Assembly: GCA_049322675.1 (NCBI GenBank)
Contig: JBMORM010000022.1
Location: 1 to 46,987, forward strand
Source: Patescibacteria group bacterium
GTDB taxonomy: Bacteria; Patescibacteriota; JAHJAL01
DNA: 46,987 nt
Direction of reading: 5' to 3'
The stretch's first letter is position 1; each line of letters begins with the position of its first letter. The position numbers and the translations under genes are program-made. The notes below the pieces were generated by a model, which had not been told where the DNA came from, searched no databases, and worked only from the letters and a program-made list of their open reading frames with translations. Below are positions 38,057 to 46,858 of the stretch, piece after piece.

Positions 38057-40420
38057 TTAACCTAGGTTTTTGACTTCGAATTTTCTAGTATTATTGTTAT
38101 TGTTTAGATTGTTTAGGCTTATTCCAGCGTTTTGGAGAATGCTCACTCGTTCGGGATTGGTGTTGGCGGCAAAGTTGTTGGTGGCGGTGGAATTGAGAGT
38201 AGTTTGATTGAGGACGTTGTTGATTTGGTTGATATTGTTGTTGGCAGCAGTTTGGACCGGAGTTGCAGTATTGACTGTTTTTTCGGTTTCTTTAACTTGA
38301 ATTAATTTGTCGAGAGTGTTGTTGACGTAAGTGATATTTTCGTTGTTTTTTCCGGCATTGTTGATGAGATTGGTGACTCGTTGGTCGCCATCCGCGGCTT
38401 TTAGAGCGGCTTGAATATTATTTTGACTCATGTAGTTGTTAACTTGTTTGATTTGAGCAGTGCTTAGTTTAGTTTCTTTGGCAATACTGGTGGCTTGGTT
38501 TTTGGCGGCGTCGTTAAATTTTTCGTTGTAGGATTTGGCTAGTTGACCGAGAGTCACGGTATTGTTGGCAGAAACTTGTTTTTTATCAAGGTATTGGCCC
38601 AGGTTGTTTTGTGAAAGATCGATTGTGTTGTTGAGATTGGCGTTGAAAGCACGCGAATTTATTAGTTGTTCGACTTTTTCGGGCGAGGTGCTTTGTAACA
38701 TTTTGATTTGTTCAGGAGTAAAAGTATTGGATTTGAGTAGTGCTTGACCGTAGGCTCCGACGGCTGGCTCGGTGGCAATCAGAGATGAAAGCGAACCGGC
38801 GGCGGCACTGATGGTGGCGCTAGAGTAGGCAGGAGAGGAAGAGTTTTGGGTGCCGGAGGATGAGTTTGGATTAAAAAATGTATCTGTGTCGGCTTTCATT
38901 CGTTGTTGGAATCCCAAGACTTTTTGAGAAAAATCTTTGGCTTCTTTGAAGATTCTGTCGTTTGGATCCACTTTTCCTTGGTATTGGTCGATGGCGGAGG
39001 CGACGGCGAGAGTGGTTTGATAGGCTTTGTCCAGATTTGACGTTGGTTTGTTTGAAGTTTGTCCCGGTTGAGAGGCGTTGGCGTAATCTTGGCCGGAGAT
39101 TGGAGATGTTCTGCCAGTGTTGCCGATTCGCATTTGTCTTCTTGTGTTTGCGCCACTGCTTCCACTTCCGCTTCCTGTTGTTGCTCCGCCAATGCCTTGG
39201 CCGCCGATGTTGGTGTTGATGTTGCTGGTGTTACCACCTTTATTTTTGCCAAATAATCCGCCGATAAGATTGCCTCCTTGCGACATGGCTCCGTACATCA
39301 TCATATTGGAAATCATTCCTCCGCTGCTGCCCGATAAGGATAAGGGAATAGTGAGGGCGGTTACGAGGACAAATATTCCGGAGATGTAGCCGATAATAGC
39401 GGAAACAAAATTTCCTTCAGGAGAAGTGTCAATGTTGTCAGTATTGGTCAATATTTCTTTGATTGCTTGCGGACTGTCCGGTAAAAATATGGTGGCAATA
39501 CCAAGAATAAATAAAATTAATGGGATAATAAAAATCCAACTGAGATATTGTCCAAGCCATTTTTGACCGATGCTTTTGGTGGGCGGAAATGATAATAATA
39601 TTATTCCCAGAGGTGCCAAAATGATAAGAATATACAAAATGATTTGACGGGCAATGGCTACAAAGGCAAGGGCGACAATAACTAGTGTTGGTAAGATTAA
39701 AAATAGAGCGACGATTAAAAGTTCGATGATCAAAATTATTTGTTGCATTTCGACGCCGCCGCCCAGTTTGTTGAGAGTATCAAGGATAAATCCCAGATTG
39801 GCTGTATTTTCTTGGTTTATACCTTGGCCTGCATTTTGGTTGGAAAAAATGGCGAAAATTGCGTCGAGAACATTTGTTTTGTCAGGAGAGATGTCGATTC
39901 CAGTAGTGCGATCGACTATTGTTTGAATAATTGAAGTATTTCCAGTGACAAAAAGTGAATCAACCTCATGATTAATTAGGTCGGAAAGGTCAAGCAAGGC
40001 GCGAGAAACGAGGAAGCTGAGATTGGCGAGAACGAAACCGATAATGAGTGAAGGCAGTGTTTTTTTAATTGCGTAGGTTTCGAGATTGAGGCGAAGGGTG
40101 TTGGCTAAGGCGATAGCCAGTAAAATAAAAATAGCAATAATATTTACAAAAAAGATTGAATAGGACCAACCGTCGCCGATTCTTTGGTGGGATAGACTTA
40201 TTTCTGTTGAGTGTTCGATTATTGTGATTGCCAAACCATTGATTGCTTTTGTGACTCCTATAACAATGACAATTACTTTTACCAATGTATCAGTGAGTCC
40301 ATCGAGTTGTATGTTGGGGGCAAAATATTTTAAGGCGGTTTGAACTATGCTGTCGCCGCTGCTTTCGGCGGCCAGGGTGGTGACCGGTTGTAAAATTAGT
40401 CTGTAGAATAAAAGGAACAT
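38057..40420 (-). CDS. VirB6/TrbL-like membrane protein with G/S/N/Q-rich C-terminal tail
   Basis: 787 aa. A multi-TM N-terminal half precedes a low-complexity tail. First gene of the prgI-virB4 run. Confidence 0.72.
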   Translation of the reverse strand: MFLLFYRLILQPVTTLAAESSGDSIVQTALKYFAPNIQLDGLTDTLVKVIVIVIGVTKAINGLAITIIEHSTEISLSHQRIGDGWSYSIFFVNIIAIFILLAIALANTLRLNLETYAIKKTLPSLIIGFVLANLSFLVSRALLDLSDLINHEVDSLFVTGNTSIIQTIVDRTTGIDISPDKTNVLDAIFAIFSNQNAGQGINQENTANLGFILDTLNKLGGGVEMQQIILIIELLIVALFLILPTLVIVALAFVAIARQIILYILIILAPLGIILLSFPPTKSIGQKWLGQYLSWIFIIPLILFILGIATIFLPDSPQAIKEILTNTDNIDTSPEGNFVSAIIGYISGIFVLVTALTIPLSLSGSSGGMISNMMMYGAMSQGGNLIGGLFGKNKGGNTSNINTNIGGQGIGGATTGSGSGSSGANTRRQMRIGNTGRTSPISGQDYANASQPGQTSNKPTSNLDKAYQTTLAVASAIDQYQGKVDPNDRIFKEAKDFSQKVLGFQQRMKADTDTFFNPNSSSGTQNSSSPAYSSATISAAAGSLSSLIATEPAVGAYGQALLKSNTFTPEQIKMLQSTSPEKVEQLINSRAFNANLNNTIDLSQNNLGQYLDKKQVSANNTVTLGQLAKSYNEKFNDAAKNQATSIAKETKLSTAQIKQVNNYMSQNNIQAALKAADGDQRVTNLINNAGKNNENITYVNNTLDKLIQVKETEKTVNTATPVQTAANNNINQINNVLNQTTLNSTATNNFAANTNPERVSILQNAGISLNNLNNNNNTRKFEVKNLG

Positions 40421-40461
40421 ATGTGTTTTTGTTTTGTTTTTGGCTGTATAAAAATCATATT

Positions 40462-40491
40462 ATTGTACCAAATTTGGTTTGTATTTGTCAA
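40462..40491 (-). promoter_or_regulatory. Sigma70 promoter for the virB6-prgI-virB4 operon
   Basis: Minus strand TTGACA-18 nt-TACAAT with extended -10 (TGgTACAAT), ~40 nt upstream of the ATG at 40420. Confidence 0.7.
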
Positions 40492-40653
40492 GATTGATAC
40501 TGATTTTGTTTTGTGTGCCTGTTTTTGGAGAAGATTATATTTTAGCAGTGAGGGGGTAAAATTGTAAAGGGTTGGGTGGTGAAATTTTTCTGACTTTATA
40601 TTTTTTGGAATTTTTAAGACTCGAACATTGCCTTTGATGAAGAGAGTCGGGTA

Positions 40654-40821
40654 AATTTCCAATTCTCAATTTCCAATTTCCAAAAAATGACTCAATTTCC
40701 AAACAAATTCAAGATGCTTTCTTATTAAGTTGAATCTGTTAGGAAATTGGTCATTGAAAATTTATTGGAAATTGAGAATTGCCAGCAGCAGTTCGGTCCC
40801 GTGAGGGGAAAATTGGAAATT
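40654..40821. repeat. Heptamer hairpin element with 31-nt unit in reverse orientation
   Basis: AATTGCCAGCAGCAGTTCGGTCCCGTGAGGG at 40777-40807 lies within the GGAAATT arm. Confidence 0.9.
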
Positions 40822-40841
40822 TTAATCAGGGTAGTGCAAGA

Positions 40842-40870
40842 AAAACACCTTCAAAGCTTGAAGGTGTTTT
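40842..40870 (-). terminator. Intrinsic terminator after the pilin array
   Basis: AAAACACCTTCAA-3 nt-TTGAAGGTGTTTT forms a 13-bp stem 22 nt past the last pilin stop. Confidence 0.7.
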
Positions 40871-40892
40871 AAGATAGCAAGAATTTGAGGAG

Positions 40893-41204
40893 TTATTTGA
40901 TTTTCTGGATTACAAAACGGATGATCAGGTTGGCGGAAAGGATGATGACTAGACCAATAACAGACCAAGTGATGGTGCCGATGGCTTTTTTTCCTTGTTC
41001 GGGATTGCCGGCGGCGGTGATGTATTGGTATCCGCCCAGGACGGCATAAGCGATAGATATCAATCCGGCGAGGGTAGTGGCGGTGTTTATAACCAATGTG
41101 AGAAGGTCGTAGATATTGGTATCAACATCTTTGAAGGGATTCAGTTTTTTTAACTCTTCAAAAAAGTTGAAGCCGGCGGCGAGATAAAAAAGCCAGTTGT
41201 TCAT
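40893..41204 (-). CDS. VirB2/TrbC-like T4SS pilin (8 of 8)
   Basis: 103 aa; TM-GGYQYITAAGNPEQGKKA-TM (VIGLVII). Confidence 0.85.
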   Translation of the reverse strand: MNNWLFYLAAGFNFFEELKKLNPFKDVDTNIYDLLTLVINTATTLAGLISIAYAVLGGYQYITAAGNPEQGKKAIGTITWSVIGLVIILSANLIIRFVIQKIK

Positions 41205-41222
41205 GGTAATTATTTGTTAGGA

Positions 41223-41603
41223 TCAGCTACCGGTGATAATGGCATTTGGGATACCTGTTCCACCAAAGACGACTCTTTGAACAGTGACAACGATGGCATA
41301 AGCGGCAAAGATTACTACTAGACCGATAACAGCGTTGAGTAAGGTGCGGACGGCTTTTTTGGTAGTTTCTTCATTCCCACCGGAGGTAATGTAGTTGAAA
41401 CCACCAATGATCAAATAGACCACAGCGACCAAACCGGCGGCGCCCAAAATATAGTTGATGATTGTAAAGGCAAGACTTTCAACGTTGGTTTTTACAGCTT
41501 GAGGTAGAGATTCTGCGCCAGCAGCAAAAGCGGTGGCGTAATAAAACGCAGTGGCGGTGAGAGTTGTCAAGCCGGATGTGACTTGAGCAATTTTTTTGTT
41601 CAT
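41223..41603 (-). CDS. VirB2/TrbC-like T4SS pilin (7 of 8)
   Basis: 126 aa; GGFNYITSGGNEETTKKA..LLNAVIGLVVIFAAYAIV. Confidence 0.85.
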   Translation of the reverse strand: MNKKIAQVTSGLTTLTATAFYYATAFAAGAESLPQAVKTNVESLAFTIINYILGAAGLVAVVYLIIGGFNYITSGGNEETTKKAVRTLLNAVIGLVVIFAAYAIVVTVQRVVFGGTGIPNAIITGS

Positions 41604-41639
41604 AGAACTCCTAAATGAATTTATATTAAAAATAATAAT

Positions 41640-42017
41640 TTAATTGATAATACCGGGTATGCCGGGAGCGACTACATCTTGGATGGAAATAACTATAGCA
41701 TAGGCAGCGAAGATTACTACTAGACCGATAACGGCATTGAGTAAGGCTTTTGTAGCTTTTTTGCTGGTTTCTTCGTTTCCTCCAGAGGTGACATACATGA
41801 AACCGCTGATGATAATATAGATAACCGCGACTAGGCCCGCGGCGACCAGGGCGTAATTGATGATGCCAAAAGCAAAATCAGTAATATTTTGTTTTGGACC
41901 GCCCCAGGGATCGAGAAAGCTATCAAAACTTACTGCCAGAGCAGTACTTTTTAGATACAGAAAAGAAAATATTGCGACGAATGGTTGCCAAATCTTTTTG
42001 GCGTCTTGCGTTGACAT
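41640..42017 (-). CDS. VirB2/TrbC-like T4SS pilin (6 of 8)
   Basis: 125 aa; SGFMYVTSGGNEETSKKA..LLNAVIGLVVIFAAYAIV. Confidence 0.85.
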   Translation of the reverse strand: MSTQDAKKIWQPFVAIFSFLYLKSTALAVSFDSFLDPWGGPKQNITDFAFGIINYALVAAGLVAVIYIIISGFMYVTSGGNEETSKKATKALLNAVIGLVVIFAAYAIVISIQDVVAPGIPGIIN

Positions 42018-42132
42018 TTTTCTCCTTTTTTCTCTAGTGCTAGATAATAATATATCTTAAATATTTTTAAAAAACAATGTGGTTGAAGTGGAAAATTATC
42101 ATAGAGTCAAAATGATTTATTGTCAAAGGTTT

Positions 42133-42429
42133 TTATTTGATTATATCTACGACAGTGGTTTTGATGGCGTAGGCGGCGAGGACGATTACTAGACCGATGA
42201 CAGCGAAGGTGAGAGTTTTTTGGGCTTTTTTGGAGGTTTCTTCGTTGCCTTGGGACATGATGTATTGGAAACCGCCTATTATGATAAACACTACAGCGAC
42301 CAGGCCGGCGACGGTGAGAAAATAGTTGACAAAGGTCCAACCCAAATCTTCGATGTTGTTGAATTTAATCGGTGATTCTGGTTCAGGGACTGATTCGGCG
42401 GCGAGGACGGGGGAGATAAAATTTAGCAT
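42133..42429 (-). CDS. VirB2/TrbC-like T4SS pilin (5 of 8)
   Basis: GGFQYIMSQGNEETSKKA..AVIGLVIV. ATG at 42429 preferred over the TTG at 42453. Confidence 0.85.
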   Translation of the reverse strand: MLNFISPVLAAESVPEPESPIKFNNIEDLGWTFVNYFLTVAGLVAVVFIIIGGFQYIMSQGNEETSKKAQKTLTFAVIGLVIVLAAYAIKTTVVDIIK

Positions 42430-42595
42430 GGAACGTATATTAATAATTAACAATTAATAATGAAAAATGAATAATAGGTATAAAGTTGATAGGCTCAAGT
42501 TTTCTGCTGGGTGCGAACTTGTTTCGGGATTACAAAATTTTTAAAGATAATTTAATGCTTGAAGCCGAGTGCGTTTTTATAAGTTAATTTTTTTG

Positions 42596-42928
42596 TTATT
42601 CTATTTTTAAAACTGCTTTTATAGAACTCACGATGACGGCGGCGGCGAGGACGATGACTAGGCCGATGACAGCGTTGGTGAGCGTTTTTTGTCCGGCTTT
42701 GGTTTTTTCGTCATTGCCGCCGGAAGTGAGATATTGATAACCGCCATAGACCAAAAAAGCGACACAAACAATGCCGGCGAAGCCATAGGCCCAGGAGAAA
42801 ATGGTAAAAATCAGGTCGTAGATATTATCAAATTTGAGAGGATTTTCCGGAAGAAAACTTTCCAGTTTGCCTAAAATATCATCTTCGGCGAGAAGGGTTA
42901 GTTGGTGAAAAATTATTTGAGGGAACAT
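42596..42928 (-). CDS. VirB2/TrbC-like T4SS pilin (4 of 8)
   Basis: 110 aa; GGYQYLTSGGNDEKTKAG..LTNAVIGLVIV. Confidence 0.85.
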   Translation of the reverse strand: MFPQIIFHQLTLLAEDDILGKLESFLPENPLKFDNIYDLIFTIFSWAYGFAGIVCVAFLVYGGYQYLTSGGNDEKTKAGQKTLTNAVIGLVIVLAAAVIVSSIKAVLKIE

Positions 42929-42997
42929 TTTTTTTAATTAACAATTAATAATTAACAATTGGTAATAGCTGTTTGGTGTTTTTTTGAAATTTAATGG

Positions 42998-43345
42998 TCA
43001 GTTGTGGAGATCTTCGATGTTGATTCCGGTGAATTTGTCCAGAAAAGTAGCGACGATGATATATCCGGTAAGAGTGACTACAAAACCGATTATGGCCCAC
43101 AATAGACTACTTTTGGCTTTTTTGCTGGTTTCTTCGTTGCCGCCGGAATAGATGAGTTGAAGACCGCTGATGATGATAAATAAGACGGCGACGAGAGCAC
43201 CCAAACCGATTAGATTGCCGGCTAAGTACAAAACAAAACCAAGCACATCTTCAAAAGTTGCTTCTTTGGCACAATGGGCAAATTTGTAGCCAAAGAGAAC
43301 TAAAGGTTCGCAGGCGGTAGCCAAATAGGTGAGTGAATTAAACAT
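42998..43345 (-). CDS. VirB2/TrbC-like T4SS pilin (3 of 8)
   Basis: 115 aa; SGLQLIYSGGNEETSKKA..LLWAIIGFVV. Confidence 0.85.
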   Translation of the reverse strand: MFNSLTYLATACEPLVLFGYKFAHCAKEATFEDVLGFVLYLAGNLIGLGALVAVLFIIISGLQLIYSGGNEETSKKAKSSLLWAIIGFVVTLTGYIIVATFLDKFTGINIEDLHN

Positions 43346-43368
43346 TGTTTAATATTTTTTATTTTGAG

Positions 43369-43731
43369 TTATTGTTGGTCAACTTTGAGCCAGACTTTGA
43401 TAGTTTGGACAATCACTACTCCGGCGAGAGCGATAATAAAACCGATGATGGCGTTGGTGAGGGCTTTTTTGCCGGTTTGAACTTGTTGTTCGTTACCAGC
43501 TGAGCTGACCAAGATGTAGCCACCGTAAATAATGTAGCCGACGGCTAAAAATCCGGCAATAGACAGTAAAAAGGTGATGGCGTTGAGTAGAAATGGGGCA
43601 ATCATGCCAAATAATGTCTCGTCGCCATCAAGCGGTTTGGTGTCAGTAAGGTTCGGGACGTATTCTTCGGCGCGGGCGAAGTTGGGGAATAGAAAGATGG
43701 TGGATAGAATTAAATATTTTAGTTTAGACAT
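43369..43731 (-). CDS. VirB2/TrbC-like T4SS pilin (2 of 8)
   Basis: 120 aa; signal sequence ending ARA, then GGYILVSSAGNEQQVQTGKKALTNAIIG. Confidence 0.85.
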   Translation of the reverse strand: MSKLKYLILSTIFLFPNFARAEEYVPNLTDTKPLDGDETLFGMIAPFLLNAITFLLSIAGFLAVGYIIYGGYILVSSAGNEQQVQTGKKALTNAIIGFIIALAGVVIVQTIKVWLKVDQQ

Positions 43732-43760
43732 GATTTAAGTAAAAGATAATAAGACGTAAA

Positions 43761-44312
43761 TTAGGTGAATGCTCCTGGATTTCCACCGGGGACAACAGTG
43801 CCGTCTTCAAGTGGGTTACCGGTGCCTTCGTTAGTTCCTGAGTAATTATTTGGTTGAGTGGTTTGGCTGCTGGTACTAGGTTCCGGTTTGGGATTGTTGA
43901 TGATTTGAGGGGAAATGATGCGAAGGACGGTGTAGGCAAGGACCAATAGGGCGAGACTGACGAGGGCGGAGATGATGGTATTTTTTCCTTTGTTGATCAT
44001 CTCCGGATTTCCGGAGGAAATAATCATGGTGTAGCCGCCATATACTATCATGATAATAGAGATACCGGTAATAAGCCAGATGGCAAAAATGTAAAAATCT
44101 TTAACGTATTCACTGAGGCTGGAATATTTATTATCGCTGGAGGTAGGCAGTTGGGCACGCACTTCGACCGGTTTGTCGGCGGCGATTATTGTGAAAGAAG
44201 AAAACAGATTATTGTTGGTTTGGGCGCGAGAAGGTTGAGGACATATCACTATGATCCCTATCAGAAGTAGGAATGAAAAAAATATTTTTTTGAATGTATT
44301 TGCTTTGATCAT
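43761..44312 (-). CDS. VirB2/TrbC-like T4SS pilin with C-terminal extension (1 of 8)
   Basis: 183 aa; GGYTMIISSGNPEMINKGKNTIISALV plus a P/T/S/N/G-rich tail. Confidence 0.8.
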   Translation of the reverse strand: MIKANTFKKIFFSFLLLIGIIVICPQPSRAQTNNNLFSSFTIIAADKPVEVRAQLPTSSDNKYSSLSEYVKDFYIFAIWLITGISIIMIVYGGYTMIISSGNPEMINKGKNTIISALVSLALLVLAYTVLRIISPQIINNPKPEPSTSSQTTQPNNYSGTNEGTGNPLEDGTVVPGGNPGAFT

Positions 44313-45667
44313 TATTGAGTTTTTGCTTTGATCATAAGGTCGGTGATATCATTTTGGGCTTTATTGAGAGCTTGTTCGGAATTGACATTATTGGTTGAAA
44401 CATCGGTGATCATTTGGTTGAAAATATTGTCAACTTTGTTGCCGTCAATTTTGTAGAATGATTTGGCGTAAAAAGATTGTTGATCGAAAATGCTACTTGA
44501 TTGCTTGGCGTTGTCGCGCAGAGAGGTTGGTTTGTTGGTTCTTTGATTATAATAGCCATTTTCGGCTACAAACTTGATAAAGTCCCAGGCCCAGGCAGCG
44601 TTTTTGCTTTGACGACTGACACTTTCTCCCCAATAATTGGCATAGGAAACCGGATCGTCGGTGTCGTAGATTTGAGGAAGACGAGCAACTTTGAATTCGA
44701 CGGAGGGGTCTTTGAATTTTTCGATGACTGGTTCTTGGTAGGAATAATTGATAGTCATGGCGGAATATCCTTTTTCGAAAGCTTCCAGTGATCCCATCAT
44801 GGATTGATTCCAACAGAAGTTTTCGCTAATGGGATCGGCGAAGCTGGTATAAAAGTTGAGCGATTTGAGTCCTGGGTAAAATGTATCTCCGGTCGGAGTA
44901 CGGGTGGGGAGGGCAAAACTGGCGGAAGAATTGTCGGGGGAAGTCATGTTGGTACTGTTTTGAATCATCATGGCGTAGAGGATGTCGGAGGCGCGATTGA
45001 TATTGTTGGCTGTTCCCAGAGTGACGCCGGAAGATAGGATATTGCCGGACGAGATTTTGCTTAATTTGCGACTGTATTCGGTGAGTTGGGTCCAGGTGCT
45101 GGGAGGAGAATAATATTCATTTTTTTCCAGAATTTTTTTGTTGTAATAAAGTGCCAAAGTGTCCACTGAGAAGGGAATAGCGTAAATATTGTCGTTGGCG
45201 ATAAAGTCGGAAACGGCAACGTCCACAAACATATCTTTGTATTGATCGAGAGTCATTATTTCATCAGGAATTGGCTCGATTAGGGCATTGTGTTTGGGGA
45301 CCCAGTCGTTGTGAATTTGAAAAATATCCGGACCTTGATTGGCGGCCAGGGCCTGAACAAGGGTATTTTCGTAGTTATCATAATTCATTTTTTTGTATTC
45401 AAAAGTGACTTTGGTTTTGGAGATCTGATAGTATTTTTGTTTATAGGATTCAAACAATGGCTCCATGGTGTCGCTGTCGTCGAAGAGACGCCAGACGGTG
45501 AGAGTGATATCGGAAGGGCAGGGTTGGCCTTTTTCTACACCGGGACAGAGAGGATCAACTATTACTTGTTGTTTGCCACAACCACCACTTTGTTGACCGG
45601 TGGAAGTTAGAAAAATAATGAAAGAGAATAATAAAATTTTGGCGAGGTGGGAGAATTTGGTGGACAT
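44312..45667 (-). CDS. Extracellular solute-binding protein (sugar-type ABC SBP fold)
   Basis: ALAANQGPDIF, IYAIPFSVDTLALYYNK, PPSTW and AWAWDFIKF, with a hydrophobic N-terminus containing GGCG. ATG at 45667 preferred over the TTG at 45691. Confidence 0.85.
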   Translation of the reverse strand: MSTKFSHLAKILLFSFIIFLTSTGQQSGGCGKQQVIVDPLCPGVEKGQPCPSDITLTVWRLFDDSDTMEPLFESYKQKYYQISKTKVTFEYKKMNYDNYENTLVQALAANQGPDIFQIHNDWVPKHNALIEPIPDEIMTLDQYKDMFVDVAVSDFIANDNIYAIPFSVDTLALYYNKKILEKNEYYSPPSTWTQLTEYSRKLSKISSGNILSSGVTLGTANNINRASDILYAMMIQNSTNMTSPDNSSASFALPTRTPTGDTFYPGLKSLNFYTSFADPISENFCWNQSMMGSLEAFEKGYSAMTINYSYQEPVIEKFKDPSVEFKVARLPQIYDTDDPVSYANYWGESVSRQSKNAAWAWDFIKFVAENGYYNQRTNKPTSLRDNAKQSSSIFDQQSFYAKSFYKIDGNKVDNIFNQMITDVSTNNVNSEQALNKAQNDITDLMIKAKTQ

Positions 45668-45715
45668 TTTTTTTAAATTAACAATGAACAATTAAAATTA
45701 ACAGAGGGAGCTTTT

Positions 45716-45872
45716 AATTTTTCCCTCACGGGACCGAACTGCTGCTGGCAATTTCCAGTTTCCAGTTTCCAATGAAGGCTCAATTTCCAATTTTCAAAAA
45801 ATGTTTTGTTGGGATATTTGGAAATTGGTCATTGGAAATTTTTTGGAAATTGAGAATTGAAAATTGGAAATT
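45716..45872. repeat. Heptamer hairpin element with 31-nt unit
   Basis: 31-nt unit at 45723-45753, aaggctcaatttcc core and a GGAAATT arm running to 45872. Confidence 0.9.
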
Positions 45873-45915
45873 TGCTAGTCTGGAATTTTTTTAAAAGATA
45901 AAAATAAACGAAGCG

Positions 45916-46818
45916 CTAGATTTTCAGGGTTTTCAGATATTTTTTAAATTCCGGGCCGATTTCGGGATGGGTGAGGGCAAATTCGGTGACGGTTTTTAGA
46001 TATTCCAATTTGTTGCCGCAGTCATAATATATGGCTTTGGTAAGTTCCAGGGCGTAGCAGGTTTTTTTTCTTTCCAGTAAAACATTGATAGCGTCGATAT
46101 AGTTTAATTCGCGGGGGGTGTTTTCCTGTTCGAGGCGATACATAGCTTCTTCGATAGCGTTGAAATAATCTGGTTCAAATAGGTAACCGCTGATTACCGC
46201 ATAATCGGATTTGATGCGGTTGGGTCCGGGTTTTTCGATGATTTGATTTATTTTTAATAAGTGGGAGTTGATTTTTTTACCGATAGCGTAGCCGTAACGG
46301 GAATAATCTTCCGGTTTATTTTTTCGCAGTGAGCCGAGGATGCAGGAAGCGGGATTTGATTGGTAAGTGGAGATGAGTTGTTGACAACGTCCAGGTTTGG
46401 CGACCATGATATCGTCGGCCCAGAGGACCAAAAACGGTTCGTTGCCGATCACTTTGCGAGCGTTCCAGATCGGGGTGGCATTGCCGAGAGGTCCTTTTTG
46501 ACGGATATAGTAAAAGTTGGCTAGGTTGGCGATGTGTCTGATTTCTTCCAGTTCATTTAGTTTGTTGGCTTCTTCCAGACGTTTTTCCAGTTCAAAGGGA
46601 TAATCAAAATGATCTTCAATGGTGCGTTTTTGCCAGCCGGTGACGATAACGATGTCGGTTATACCGGCGGCGACCGCTTCTTCCACGACGTATTGAATGA
46701 TCGGTTTGTCAACGATTGGCATCATTTCTTTGGGACTGGCTTTGGTGGCGGGGAGAAAGCGGGTACCGTAGCCGGCGGCGGGGATAATGGCTTTCGTGAT
46801 TTTTGGTTTTTTGATCAT
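45916..46818 (-). CDS. galU: UTP--glucose-1-phosphate uridylyltransferase
   Basis: 300 aa with KAIIPAAGYGTRFLPATKASPKEMMPIVDKP, IEDHFD, IEKP and YDCGNK. Confidence 0.9.
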   Translation of the reverse strand: MIKKPKITKAIIPAAGYGTRFLPATKASPKEMMPIVDKPIIQYVVEEAVAAGITDIVIVTGWQKRTIEDHFDYPFELEKRLEEANKLNELEEIRHIANLANFYYIRQKGPLGNATPIWNARKVIGNEPFLVLWADDIMVAKPGRCQQLISTYQSNPASCILGSLRKNKPEDYSRYGYAIGKKINSHLLKINQIIEKPGPNRIKSDYAVISGYLFEPDYFNAIEEAMYRLEQENTPRELNYIDAINVLLERKKTCYALELTKAIYYDCGNKLEYLKTVTEFALTHPEIGPEFKKYLKTLKI

Positions 46819-46858
46819 AGGTTAAAGTATTGTTTGAATTGGTGGACAGGTAATATCA

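Noticed and set aside
40396-40662. 88-aa minus-strand ORF upstream of the VirB6-like gene
   Set aside because: It begins inside a heptamer repeat at a non-ATG codon and spans the predicted promoter.
31641-44312. Integrative conjugative element or prophage
   Set aside because: No integrase, relaxase, att-like direct repeats or phage genes were seen. The region has the same skew and repeat families as the housekeeping part.
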